The position numbers and the translations under genes were made by a program. Of a stretch of DNA of 41,975 nucleotides, positions 27,353 through 35,823 are shown piece after piece (the stretch's first letter is position 1; every line of letters starts with the position of its first letter). The DNA lies in the IMG/VR virus record IMGVR_UViG_3300049228_000080, positions 1 to 41,975 of that record; one strand, written 5' to 3'. A model generated the notes under the pieces. That model saw nothing but the letters and a program-made list of their open reading frames with translations. It was not told where the DNA came from and ran no database searches. Source of the stretch: a virus (taxonomy: Duplodnaviria; Caudoviricetes).

Positions 27353-27569
27353 TACCATCAAGTACATTATTGAAGCTCTTAGACAGAAGCCCCGGGAGCC
27401 AGGAATTACGAGGGATCCTGGAGACATTCCAAGACGGATGGCTGGCCCTCTTTTTGGCGGTAGTCCTGTGAGTAGAGCACAGAAAGAAGCTCAGTACAAT
27501 CGGTATTTGAAAGTCCAGAGTAGCTCTGGAGAATCCCCCGTGTCATATGAAGAGTGGCTCCAGAAGTAA
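27345..27569 (+). CDS. hypothetical protein
   Basis: AGGAG Shine-Dalgarno; coupled start. Confidence 0.6.
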   Translation: MSDTIKYIIEALRQKPREPGITRDPGDIPRRMAGPLFGGSPVSRAQKEAQYNRYLKVQSSSGESPVSYEEWLQK

Positions 27570-27577
27570 GGTGACTC

Positions 27578-29137
27578 ATGTCTCGCGCAAGTAACGGAAC
27601 TTATACTCTTCCAGCGGCCGGTAACCCGGTCGTAACAGGCACTGTGATTTCGTCCACATGGGCGAATACTACCCTGTCCGACATCGCCACAGCTTTGACA
27701 GACTCACTTTCCCGTTCTGGTCTTGGGGGAATGTCAGCTTCTCTTGCTCTAGCGGATGGGCTCATTGGAGCCCCTGGCCTGTCCTGGGGTACTGAGCCGA
27801 CTAGTGGTCTTTACCGGGTTAGTGCCGGTGTATTCGCATATTCTGTAGGAGCTGCTCAGGCGCTTACTATTGCGCTAAATGCTCTGGGAATTAAAGACGG
27901 AACCTCTCTTCTTCCAAGCCTCACGTTTATTAGTGATGTAAACACTGGTATCTATAGAGTTAGTTCCGACAATTTCGCTGCTGTAGCTGGTGCAACCGTT
28001 GTGCAGCAGTGGCTACTCAATGGAGCAGCTCCGCAAGCGGCGTTTCCTGATGGAGTTGTGGCAACACCTTCTCTCACCTTTGCTGCGGATACTAATACCG
28101 GCCTGTATCGTGTATCAGCAGATAACATGGGCGTCGCTATCGGCGGAATAAATACCGTCCAGTTCATTCCAACGGCTAATCAGTTTCTGGTTCAGGTACA
28201 GTCTCTAGACGGTACAGTCGGGGTGCCTGCGTATAGCTTCTTTAGTGACCCAGACACCGGCGTATATCGCGATTCCGTTAACGACCTTAAGTTCGCTACT
28301 GGTGGTACCCGCGCGTTTGCTCTCGATTCTAATCAGAATATTCGTGGTAACGACGGGACTGCAGCACTTCCTTATTATTCCTTCTTTAGCGACTCCAACA
28401 CCGGACTCTATCGTGTAGGTGCTGACAACTTTGCAGCTACTGCTGGAGGATCAGTTGTCCAGCAGTGGGTTCTTAATGGAGCCACTGCCCAGTCTCTATT
28501 TTCGGATGGTACGGCAGGCATTCCAGGGTTAAGCTTTGGATCTGATACAGACACGGGAATTTACCGATCTTCAGCCAATGTCCTCAGCATCTCTACAGCG
28601 GGATCAGATAAACTTGACATATCAAGTGCCTTCATTTCTTCTACCATTCCATTTTTATCTATAGATGGCTCTGCTGCATCCCCGTCATTCAGTTTTAATT
28701 CTGATACAGACACTGGCTTCTATAGAGATACAGCCAATCAGATAGCAATAGCCCTCGCTGGAGTTACCGCTGGACAGATTGCTCAGGGCACGTTCACGCT
28801 GACTGGAACTGGATTCACGGCTGGTGTCACGGCCACGGTGAAGTACCAGAGAGTTGGAAATCACGTAACTATCAATTCTCCGGCATTTGTGGGTACGAGC
28901 AATACGACGGCCTTTACAGGGACAGGACTTCCTGCTATCATACAGCCCTCTGCTCATACAGGGGGTGGTCAGTGGGTAAATGCTTCAGATAACAGCGTTA
29001 CCGTAACTGACGCCAATGCCTTCATAGCAGCGGGCTCTGGCACCATAACTTTCCAGCGAGCTGGGTCAGCTACTGGGTGGACAAACGCCAACCAGAAAGG
29101 TTTTGCATTAGGGTTTACTCTTTCGTATCTCGTCTAA
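27578..29137 (+). CDS. tail fibre with seven ~50-aa repeats
   Basis: N-terminal anchor RASNGTYTLP...DIATALTDSL; seven DGxxxxPxxSFxxDxDTGxYR repeats. Confidence 0.85.
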   Translation: MSRASNGTYTLPAAGNPVVTGTVISSTWANTTLSDIATALTDSLSRSGLGGMSASLALADGLIGAPGLSWGTEPTSGLYRVSAGVFAYSVGAAQALTIALNALGIKDGTSLLPSLTFISDVNTGIYRVSSDNFAAVAGATVVQQWLLNGAAPQAAFPDGVVATPSLTFAADTNTGLYRVSADNMGVAIGGINTVQFIPTANQFLVQVQSLDGTVGVPAYSFFSDPDTGVYRDSVNDLKFATGGTRAFALDSNQNIRGNDGTAALPYYSFFSDSNTGLYRVGADNFAATAGGSVVQQWVLNGATAQSLFSDGTAGIPGLSFGSDTDTGIYRSSANVLSISTAGSDKLDISSAFISSTIPFLSIDGSAASPSFSFNSDTDTGFYRDTANQIAIALAGVTAGQIAQGTFTLTGTGFTAGVTATVKYQRVGNHVTINSPAFVGTSNTTAFTGTGLPAIIQPSAHTGGGQWVNASDNSVTVTDANAFIAAGSGTITFQRAGSATGWTNANQKGFALGFTLSYLV

Positions 29138-29147
29138 GGGTAATACA

Positions 29148-29411
29148 ATGACTGACGCCGTCGAACTGAAAACATCTAAGATTCTTTCCCCACAAACGAT
29201 CGCTAAGGTTTTGGACTACTTAGCGCGCCGTCCTTTCTTTGAAGTCCACTTACTTATTGGTGAGATAATGGGTCAGTTGAAGGCCCAAGAGGATAATAAT
29301 GGACCCGACTCAACTGGACTTGGTAAAGATTCTGCAGGCCGGGGGGACCCCCGCGCTGGCAATAGTGGGGTATCTCCTTTGGAAGGTAAGCGTACAGATT
29401 ACAGAACTTAA
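29148..29411 (+). CDS. hypothetical protein (possible fibre chaperone)
   Basis: LDYLARRPFFEVHLLI; directly after the fibre gene. Confidence 0.55.
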   Translation: MTDAVELKTSKILSPQTIAKVLDYLARRPFFEVHLLIGEIMGQLKAQEDNNGPDSTGLGKDSAGRGDPRAGNSGVSPLEGKRTDYRT

Positions 29412-29478
29412 GACCTCGGTTGACACCTTGGTCAGTACGATGCTTCGGTTAGTGCCGGGACTTAAGGAGAAAGATTAA
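29299..29478 (+). CDS. holin-like membrane protein (59 aa)
   Basis: MDPTQLDLVKILQAGGTPALAIVGYLLWK..., one TM segment; TAATG coupling to the endolysin. Confidence 0.55.
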   Translation: MDPTQLDLVKILQAGGTPALAIVGYLLWKVSVQITELKTSVDTLVSTMLRLVPGLKEKD

Positions 29479-29825
29479 TGACTCTTGGTGAAAAGCAGCG
29501 TCTTTTCACTCGCTTGGTAGGCATACTCATTGAGTATGCCTACCAGCAGGGGTATGAGCTAACGTTTGGGGATGCCTACCGTACCCCTGAGCAAGCTCTG
29601 GTAAATTCCATTTTGGATATGGGGATTAAGAATTCTCTCCACAAAATACGTCTGGCCGTCGATTTCAATCTTTTCAAGGACGGAACGTATCTGCTCTCCT
29701 CCGAGGACCACGAACCACTTGGTGTCTTTTGGGAGGGTCTCCATCCACTCTGTAGGTGGGGCGGCAGATTCGTTAGCAGGAAGGATGGTAATCATTATAG
29801 CCTCGAACATGAAGGTGTAAAATGA
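29478..29825 (+). CDS. endolysin, M15-family peptidase
   Basis: YRTPE, SLHKIRLAVD, WGGRF and DGNH zinc-peptidase motifs. Confidence 0.9.
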   Translation: MTLGEKQRLFTRLVGILIEYAYQQGYELTFGDAYRTPEQALVNSILDMGIKNSLHKIRLAVDFNLFKDGTYLLSSEDHEPLGVFWEGLHPLCRWGGRFVSRKDGNHYSLEHEGVK

Positions 29826-30238
29826 GCATTAAAATGAAGTGGGGCCTTGCCCTAGCGACTGCGTTGATTCTCCTTTGCTTTGTCGGCATTGCGAATGCAC
29901 AGACTTATTCTAAGTCGGTAAAGGTTAGTTGGAAGCTACCGGTTACCTGGACAGATGGTACTCCTTTGGTAGCAACAGATGTCACTAAGGTGATGGTGTA
30001 CATCGGAGTTGGCCCCATCTCTGATAACTTCAGCGGAAGTGCTACTGTAGAAGTCACTGCGGTGGCCGTGCCTGTGACTAAAACTATCAATGTCGTAGGG
30101 GGTGGTAAGGTCTACGTTAGAGTTAGGGCTTGCGCCGGGCTCGTTTGTGGGCCCATCTCTGACCAAGCGACCCTTGACGTACCCAACCTAACGCCTGGGA
30201 TGCCTACGAATATTACCATAGAACTGGTAATCACGTAA
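29822..30238 (+). CDS. exported beta-sandwich (Fn3-like) protein
   Basis: Signal peptide ending ANA-Q; VSWKLP...DGTPL...YVRVRA pattern. Confidence 0.55.
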   Translation: MSIKMKWGLALATALILLCFVGIANAQTYSKSVKVSWKLPVTWTDGTPLVATDVTKVMVYIGVGPISDNFSGSATVEVTAVAVPVTKTINVVGGGKVYVRVRACAGLVCGPISDQATLDVPNLTPGMPTNITIELVIT

Positions 30239-30273
30239 ACAAGGCCAAGCTTTGGCGATCGAGAGGGTATAGA

Positions 30274-30300
30274 GTGGGGTTGGCGGCTAACCAACCCCAC
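30274..30300. terminator. hairpin between convergent operons
   Basis: GTGGGGTTGG-7 nt-CCAACCCCAC. Confidence 0.6.
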
Positions 30301-30309
30301 GCTGGGGGC

Positions 30310-30657
30310 TCAGAAAGCCGGAACCTCCCTTGTCTTTTCAGCCTCTTCCTTGTCCAGCAGGTCAAGGAAATCTCCCATCACCCGGCCGCGTATCGCTGGG
30401 GGGCGCATGGTCAGGGTCAGCATAATGGCCTTGGCCCTTTCCTTCCCAAACACCGCCCCCATGAGGTCGGGGTTGAACAGTAGAGTATCCTCTGAAGGGA
30501 TCTCTGTGGGCACGTCTCCTTCTGTATAGATAATGTGGTGCCCGCACATGACCTGAGTTTCCGGGCCAATGGCCCTCTTGAGGAATCGCTCCAACCAGTG
30601 GCGGTCGTCAAAGTTACGCTGATCTTCCACCAGCAGGAAATTCTGAAATTTAGACAT
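30310..30657 (-). CDS. hypothetical protein
   Basis: MSKFQNFLL...; last gene of the minus-strand operon. Confidence 0.65.
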   Translation of the reverse strand: MSKFQNFLLVEDQRNFDDRHWLERFLKRAIGPETQVMCGHHIIYTEGDVPTEIPSEDTLLFNPDLMGAVFGKERAKAIMLTLTMRPPAIRGRVMGDFLDLLDKEEAEKTREVPAF

Positions 30658-30820
30658 TTTCGTTACCCCAGAGCCAGTCTTTAAACGACTGCTCAGCATC
30701 TTCAAGTTTTTGGTATTGAGGAATACCCTTTTCCACCATTACCTGAATGAATTCTTCCACCTTATCCATCAGGTGGGCTCTTATGCCCTGCGGGCTCACC
30801 GCATACTCAGGCTTCGGCAT
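30650..30820 (-). CDS. hypothetical protein
   Basis: GAGG Shine-Dalgarno, MPKPEYAV... Confidence 0.55.
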   Translation of the reverse strand: MPKPEYAVSPQGIRAHLMDKVEEFIQVMVEKGIPQYQKLEDAEQSFKDWLWGNENV

Positions 30821-30821
30821 T

Positions 30822-30950
30822 TCACACCTCTCTACAAATAATCGCAATGAACCACCCCCGAAGGCATCGGATGCAGAATTGGCAAGAAAGGACGGGCGTA
30901 TCCTTGTTACCAATGAAGTGATCGCCGCATCCGTAACACTCTAATTTCAC
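30822..30950 (-). CDS. small Zn-ribbon protein (42 aa)
   Basis: CYGC...CQFC; GTGA-coupled. Confidence 0.45.
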   Translation of the reverse strand: MKLECYGCGDHFIGNKDTPVLSCQFCIRCLRGWFIAIICREV

Positions 30951-31186
30951 AGTTCTCCCTCCAACGTTTTCAACGCCAACTCAGCAAGCAGGTGTGCCGC
31001 ATCCCTCCTTTTGATCTTTCCCTCTCTTAACAGTTGTTCCTGTACCCTAACAGCTTGACGGAGATAGCCAGCAGCATCTTCCATGCGACCGGCATACTCA
31101 GGGTTTTTGGTTTCCTTGGCAGCCCGTCTAGCTGCCATGGTAGCCTTGAACTTAGCTTTCTGTTCAGCCGTCCATTTGGCGCCCAT
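30947..31186 (-). CDS. basic hypothetical protein
   Basis: Coupled ORF. Confidence 0.6.
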   Translation of the reverse strand: MGAKWTAEQKAKFKATMAARRAAKETKNPEYAGRMEDAAGYLRQAVRVQEQLLREGKIKRRDAAHLLAELALKTLEGEL

Positions 31187-31431
31187 TACTCAGCCGCTCG
31201 CTTTTCCTTCTGGTACCCTTTTCGCACCGCCACGCGCAGTCTGCTATCTGTCACAAACTCGCGCATGGTTTCGCCGGAAAGGTTAAGCTTCCGCCTACGC
31301 TCTATACGGTAGAGGGCTGGCTTACTGTCCCAGTATTTATGTCGTGCTCGGCACGCCGCACAATCGTCAAACTTGGCGCCAGCTAATCGGACGCAGTTTT
31401 CATATCTGCATTTCTTCGCCATGGTATCCAC
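31186..31431 (-). CDS. Cys-containing basic hypothetical protein
   Basis: CxxxxC and CxxC motifs. Confidence 0.55.
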   Translation of the reverse strand: MDTMAKKCRYENCVRLAGAKFDDCAACRARHKYWDSKPALYRIERRRKLNLSGETMREFVTDSRLRVAVRKGYQKEKRAAE

Positions 31432-31610
31432 CTTTGTTTAAGATAATGGCCGTCTCGTGGACCAACGTCGGTGCCTATAATATTTTCGCACCCCTTCCGA
31501 AAGGGTTCTTGGTAGACTCCGGCCTGTTCGCGCTCGCGGGAGCGCTGGGGTAGGGAGGGTAGGCCGGACCGCTGCGGGCTCGCGGAACGTGGTCCCCTCC
31601 CCATGCTCAC
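31383..31610 (-). CDS. hypothetical protein
   Basis: Fills an operon gap; frame uncertain. Confidence 0.35.
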   Translation of the reverse strand: MSMGRGPRSASPQRSGLPSLPQRSREREQAGVYQEPFRKGCENIIGTDVGPRDGHYLKQRWIPWRRNADMKTASD

Positions 31611-31617
31611 TTAATCG

Positions 31618-31914
31618 TTACCGTCTGTATGGAAAATCTGCGCGCTGAGTTTGTTCAGTTTCCTTCTGCGGGCAGCTTTTTTCAATTGCACAGTCAACAG
31701 CCTGGTCAGCTCCATTGAGTTCAATGTATTTGTCAAGGAAGTGTCTTGCCTTTCGTAGGTCTTCAACACCATTCTTGTTGCGCCACCGCTCAACGTATTT
31801 TGTGATTTGACCCTGGAAGTAGTCGAGCCCAAGTCTGTGGACCCGGTCCCAGTGCTCTTCCCCACCCGTTTTGTAATGCGTTCCACCAACTTGCCTGTCA
31901 TTCGCCGTACCCAT
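31618..31914 (-). CDS. DUF3310 (SaV-like) protein
   Basis: ANDRQVGGTHY...KYVERWRNKNGVEDLRKARHFL. Confidence 0.85.
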   Translation of the reverse strand: MGTANDRQVGGTHYKTGGEEHWDRVHRLGLDYFQGQITKYVERWRNKNGVEDLRKARHFLDKYIELNGADQAVDCAIEKSCPQKETEQTQRADFPYRR

Positions 31915-31927
31915 TTGGTACCCCTAT

Positions 31928-31954
31928 AGTATACGTTTAGAAATTACCCGGAGC
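31928..31954 (-). promoter_or_regulatory. promoter of the CGGACAA-N10-(-10) class (variant)
   Basis: GCTCCGGGTAA-TTTCTAAACG-TATACT. Confidence 0.55.
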
Positions 31955-31959
31955 CACTG

Positions 31960-32160
31960 TCACCAGTCACTCCCGGGTAAGTGATAGTCTTCTGGTAGAA
32001 TTCCCCCATTTTCTATCCTAGCCTTTTCAGCATCGCACATCCAACAATCTCCGTAGTCCCTCCACTTTCTACATGGTCTAAATTTTTCTTTCCGGCTAAA
32101 AATTCCCCGGAGCCACTTGAAAAACGGTGTACCCGAGTTTCCGCCATGCGTCAACGACAC
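31960..32160 (-). CDS. small Cys-rich hypothetical protein
   Basis: C...CWMC; start uncertain. Confidence 0.4.
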   Translation of the reverse strand: MSLTHGGNSGTPFFKWLRGIFSRKEKFRPCRKWRDYGDCWMCDAEKARIENGGILPEDYHLPGSDW

Positions 32161-32626
32161 GTTGCCTATCCTCCATTACAAAAAGAACATTATCTGGTCT
32201 CCAGTATTGCTCAAAGGCTATAGCTGGCTTCATAATATGGTCGTCAGTGCGCTCTCCCTCTGGCCTCATGATCAACGTATGATGGGGAACGGCATGTCTG
32301 TACAGCCATTGCTCTGTAAGTGCGCGCACACTCTCGCTTCTACCTGTGAGAAGTCGTATGTTATAACCGTCTTCAAAGAAGAGTCTGAGTACCTCGATGA
32401 CAGACTCATTAGGCTCATCTCCAAGGCACGATGCGAAATATCCCTCCCAGTCACGCTTCCACCCGCAGTCGCACGGCTCCGGGTATGGATTCCTAGTGTT
32501 GGTGAGGGACGTACACGTTTCGGCATGGGGTTTTCTCAGATACTGTATAGCCCTAGCTTCATCCAAAGCGATGGTACCGTCTAGATCGCATATGATAGTA
32601 TCTTTCGTTCTGTCCACTGCTTGCAC
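32096..32626 (-). CDS. HAD phosphatase (PNKP phosphatase-like)
   Basis: CDLDGT, LTGR, K and EDR motifs. Confidence 0.85.
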   Translation of the reverse strand: MQAVDRTKDTIICDLDGTIALDEARAIQYLRKPHAETCTSLTNTRNPYPEPCDCGWKRDWEGYFASCLGDEPNESVIEVLRLFFEDGYNIRLLTGRSESVRALTEQWLYRHAVPHHTLIMRPEGERTDDHIMKPAIAFEQYWRPDNVLFVMEDRQRVVDAWRKLGYTVFQVAPGNF

Positions 32627-33645
32627 GCAAGCCTCCAGTCTTTGGCTTTGATACGATCGATGAACATGTAAGAGTCATCGAATCTCTTATCAACACGAGC
32701 TTCCCATGACTCAAGCATAGGGTAAGCTACCTTCTTGATCCACTCAGTATTGTAGTAGCTGCTAGACCAAGCTGTTCCGCTCTTGACGAATTCTTCACAA
32801 TCTCCTAAAAGCCGCTCTACAGTTTCTCCCTCTTGAATCAAGGGGAAGTAATCTACATCCCCTCTGATATAACCGTCACATCTAACAGGTCCATCCATGA
32901 AACTAGCCACGTCTGCTCTGTCCGAGTAGACGTGCAGGTTGTTGGTGAATACTCTGTACGTTCCAATATCCATACCTGCGCCGTAGGCGATGAGTTCTTG
33001 CAGATAAGTAAAATGGACGACATTCGCACCGAGGCACCCCCACAGGAGATCGTTAGAGCGATTACAGACGGTCATGTCAAGATAGTATGTCGGTAGCATC
33101 ACACCAGTTTGAGGTGACGGTGCCCAGCCCCCCTTTTTAGCCCTGAAGTAGATATGAGTGTTGCAGGGCCTATCCTTGACAGTGGCACCGAGGTCTGTGG
33201 CAGGGTCCCACATAGAAAGTAGGACCTGACGGCTTTCGGGGTCCTTCTTCAGCAGCGCACAGGCAACCTGGATCTGATCCATCGAGAACTTTGGCCCAAT
33301 TTCTTTCGGTTGAAAGTGGCCCCTCCACCGTTTTCCATACGCCCCATGTACAGTACCATCGGCCTCCGCATAATTCACATACGTGCGGTTGAATTTTGAG
33401 GGGAACCCAACATGGTCGCTCCCTGACAGCATCCATATAGTCTCCATCACGTGAAAGAACGGGTTAGCATTCCGTTCTGGGTCAAACAATACCCTCTGAA
33501 GAGGCCGAGCAATTTCAATAATGCTTGGTTCGGGAATGGTAAGGACCCTCCCGTTTCGTGAATTTTCCTCCACCCCGTGGTGCTTTATCATCCAGTAAGC
33601 TTCTGTGTATGCTTCTGGGACGTTGTGTGCCTTCAATTCAATCAC
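32581..33645 (-). CDS. thymidylate synthase-family enzyme, probable dUMP hydroxymethylase
   Basis: SRNG, DRPCN (catalytic Cys), RSNDLLWGCLGAN (Asn indicates dUMP specificity), NLHVY; sits in a modification cluster. Confidence 0.8.
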   Translation of the reverse strand: MIELKAHNVPEAYTEAYWMIKHHGVEENSRNGRVLTIPEPSIIEIARPLQRVLFDPERNANPFFHVMETIWMLSGSDHVGFPSKFNRTYVNYAEADGTVHGAYGKRWRGHFQPKEIGPKFSMDQIQVACALLKKDPESRQVLLSMWDPATDLGATVKDRPCNTHIYFRAKKGGWAPSPQTGVMLPTYYLDMTVCNRSNDLLWGCLGANVVHFTYLQELIAYGAGMDIGTYRVFTNNLHVYSDRADVASFMDGPVRCDGYIRGDVDYFPLIQEGETVERLLGDCEEFVKSGTAWSSSYYNTEWIKKVAYPMLESWEARVDKRFDDSYMFIDRIKAKDWRLACKQWTERKILSYAI

Positions 33646-33802
33646 TTATCTTAACTCCTAGCTTCGTAATTAGATCTTTAGCCTCTTTAACCCACGTGTC
33701 ATACTCAGAAAAATCTCTTGGATCCAAACCTCCCTTCCAATATTGGGCGGTACGGTACATCCAAAGAAGGGTCTCCTTTTCCTTCTTAGTTAGTTTTATC
33801 AC
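33638..33802 (-). CDS. hypothetical protein (54 aa)
   Basis: GTG start, MIKLTKKEKETLLW...; overlaps both neighbours. Confidence 0.55.
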   Translation of the reverse strand: MIKLTKKEKETLLWMYRTAQYWKGGLDPRDFSEYDTWVKEAKDLITKLGVKISD

Positions 33803-34440
33803 GCCACGTAGTCCAACTGTGCCTTGTGAGGGTCATTGCGGAGAGTTTCTCTGCTGTGCAGAGGCCATGAGTAGTTGAATAGGTAGTTGTGTGAGTTGTT
33901 CTCCAGATTGTACTTCTGATCTGAGAAAGAAATCTTAACGTATTGCCTCATCCCCTCCTTGGTGATGATAGGAGTGGAATGAACCACGCTGGGGTCAATC
34001 TGGTATAGCCCCTTTTCAGGGTATGTTACGACACTGTCCAGCATCACCTGCTCATCAAATTGCTTCAATGAACGATTGTGATCTTCAGTTATACTGTAGA
34101 AAGTCTGTATTGCGAAGCGAGTGCCCGCTCCGGTCCACCAGACATAATTCAAGTCTTCTGTACCGAACCCGTCACAGTGCCACCCCGGTCTATTCAACGG
34201 GTTGTCCGCTGTCGCCCACCCTTTTCTGGCACTGAGGTAGACATACCTGTAGTCTCTCGGTGTGTGCTGTATGGCAGCCTCTATCATTTTTCCAGTAATA
34301 CCTAGATTTGGAGGTAGAAGGATACGATCGTATTTGTGGTCCATGACCACGGGCAGGTAAAGATAATACATCATTTCCGGTAGGTCAAACTCAAATTGTC
34401 CAAGATAAATCGGAAGTTTCCCGTAGACAATCTTACTCAT
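33799..34440 (-). CDS. 2OG-Fe(II) dioxygenase-like protein
   Basis: WHCDG (HxD), distal VVH, and RQYVKISFS. Confidence 0.75.
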   Translation of the reverse strand: MSKIVYGKLPIYLGQFEFDLPEMMYYLYLPVVMDHKYDRILLPPNLGITGKMIEAAIQHTPRDYRYVYLSARKGWATADNPLNRPGWHCDGFGTEDLNYVWWTGAGTRFAIQTFYSITEDHNRSLKQFDEQVMLDSVVTYPEKGLYQIDPSVVHSTPIITKEGMRQYVKISFSDQKYNLENNSHNYLFNYSWPLHSRETLRNDPHKAQLDYVA

Positions 34441-34646
34441 TTCTGCCCCGCAAGGATCAGTGGACAGTACGCTGTGTTCGTTCTCATGGCGCATTGAGCC
34501 TTTCCTGGGTCAACCCCGGCCTTGATCAGGTCAGCAATTCTCTGGTCCGTTACCTGATCAAGCACTGTCAGTGCTATGACCAAGGTCATAAGAAGAGCCG
34601 CACACACTATGACCACAATCGCAACAACTTTTGAATCAGATTCCAT
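34437..34646 (-). CDS. small membrane protein
   Basis: Long N-terminal TM helix. Confidence 0.6.
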   Translation of the reverse strand: MESDSKVVAIVVIVCAALLMTLVIALTVLDQVTDQRIADLIKAGVDPGKAQCAMRTNTAYCPLILAGQK

Positions 34647-35490
34647 TATACCCTCTCTTTGATCGTCCGCTACCAGTCTTAACTCGCATATATTTATCGT
34701 ACTCGCATAAGCAGTTTTGTAGATCTTGATTGTCTACAGGTGGTACTTCCTCTGGCCAATTTTCGTCAACGTACTCCCGTGTTTGTAAGAAGTAGTGGTT
34801 GAAGTTATGTAGAGTCATTTGCTTCGGGCTATTGAAGTGGAACCATCCAAGGCCCCGCATGCTCCCAGGCCCCGGCCGCACGAAGGTTTTCCTGTCTACT
34901 GCCATGGACAATGGGTGCCCTAGAGTATTCTTCAAATCAGCTACGATTTGCGCACCGAGGAATGAACCTATACCCTCGATCTCCTCGAGCGCCGCGCAGG
35001 CGTACCCGCAGTAGGCACCCCGGCACTGCCGTCGCACGTGCTCCAGGCGCTCGTACAGCCCCCCAAGCACGTTCTCACACAGGTAGGTGGCCTTGGGCAT
35101 TTTAATCCCATGAGTGGTAATGACGTAGGCGTTCCCCCATATCTTTCCGGTCAGGGCTAACTCCTCTAGATGTGCTAAGAGAGTAAACGGGGAGTGTATG
35201 CTTTGATATCCTATAGCCTCGAGAGTAGACGGCCAATTAAGAAACCTACTAAGAACGATATTATACTCAAACATGCTATCGCTGACGTGCGGGGAATAGT
35301 AATTACGGATCCATCTGGTAATTCTGTCGGTTTCCCTGTGGACATTGCAGAAATAAGTGGTTTGAAATACTTTATCTTCGCTCCACGGCTTCGGTGCGCC
35401 GGCCTCTTTCTTTTGGAGGATACTCCAACGCTCCCGGATCCAATAGAGCAATTCTTCTCGTGGACTTGCGTCTGTTCCTAGCATAACCAT
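34636..35490 (-). CDS. 5-hmdU DNA kinase helical-domain / aGPT-PPlase1-family protein
   Basis: WIRERWSI..KK.G..KPWSED..F....FCNVHRE.DR, QIVADL, GPGS and QNCLCEYDKY motifs. Confidence 0.8.
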   Translation of the reverse strand: MVMLGTDASPREELLYWIRERWSILQKKEAGAPKPWSEDKVFQTTYFCNVHRETDRITRWIRNYYSPHVSDSMFEYNIVLSRFLNWPSTLEAIGYQSIHSPFTLLAHLEELALTGKIWGNAYVITTHGIKMPKATYLCENVLGGLYERLEHVRRQCRGAYCGYACAALEEIEGIGSFLGAQIVADLKNTLGHPLSMAVDRKTFVRPGPGSMRGLGWFHFNSPKQMTLHNFNHYFLQTREYVDENWPEEVPPVDNQDLQNCLCEYDKYMRVKTGSGRSKRGYNGI

Positions 35491-35782
35491 CCTTTAAATT
35501 CTTGCCTTGTGTACCAACTTCTAGGTGATCCGGGTTTACACACGTTCCAACATCACACTTATGAAGTACGTACATACCCTCAGGAATACTTCCTTTGAAT
35601 ATCAGCCACGAAGCTACATGGGCGCCTATCATCTTAGTTTTTCCGTCTGCTAGACGCCAGTAAACCTCCCCATATTTCCCTCTATTAGTCTTAGCCCGCT
35701 GCCAAATCCAGCACTCACCTTCCTTTCTCTTTGTTACTCCCCACATGAAGCTGTCAATGTTTAGCTGATTTTGTTCCTTCAT
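35372..35782 (-). CDS. HNH endonuclease
   Basis: CWIW...YG...AH..SW...VLHKCD...CVNPDHL. Confidence 0.9.
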   Translation of the reverse strand: MKEQNQLNIDSFMWGVTKRKEGECWIWQRAKTNRGKYGEVYWRLADGKTKMIGAHVASWLIFKGSIPEGMYVLHKCDVGTCVNPDHLEVGTQGKNLKDGYARNRRKSTRRIALLDPGALEYPPKERGRRTEAVERR

Positions 35783-35823
35783 CTGGCCACTCCGGTATTA
35801 GAATATAAGGCTCTCTTTCGGTG

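Noticed and set aside
27578-29137. Diversity-generating retroelement target
   Set aside because: No reverse transcriptase or template repeat; the repeats are diverged protein-level repeats.
11374-29810. Numerous minus-strand ORFs under the structural operon (e.g. 19325-20131)
   Set aside because: Antisense shadows of well-supported genes with no recognisable motifs.
32103-32113. Fourth GCTCCGGGGAA promoter box
   Set aside because: No -10 hexamer 10 bp downstream, and it lies inside coding sequence.
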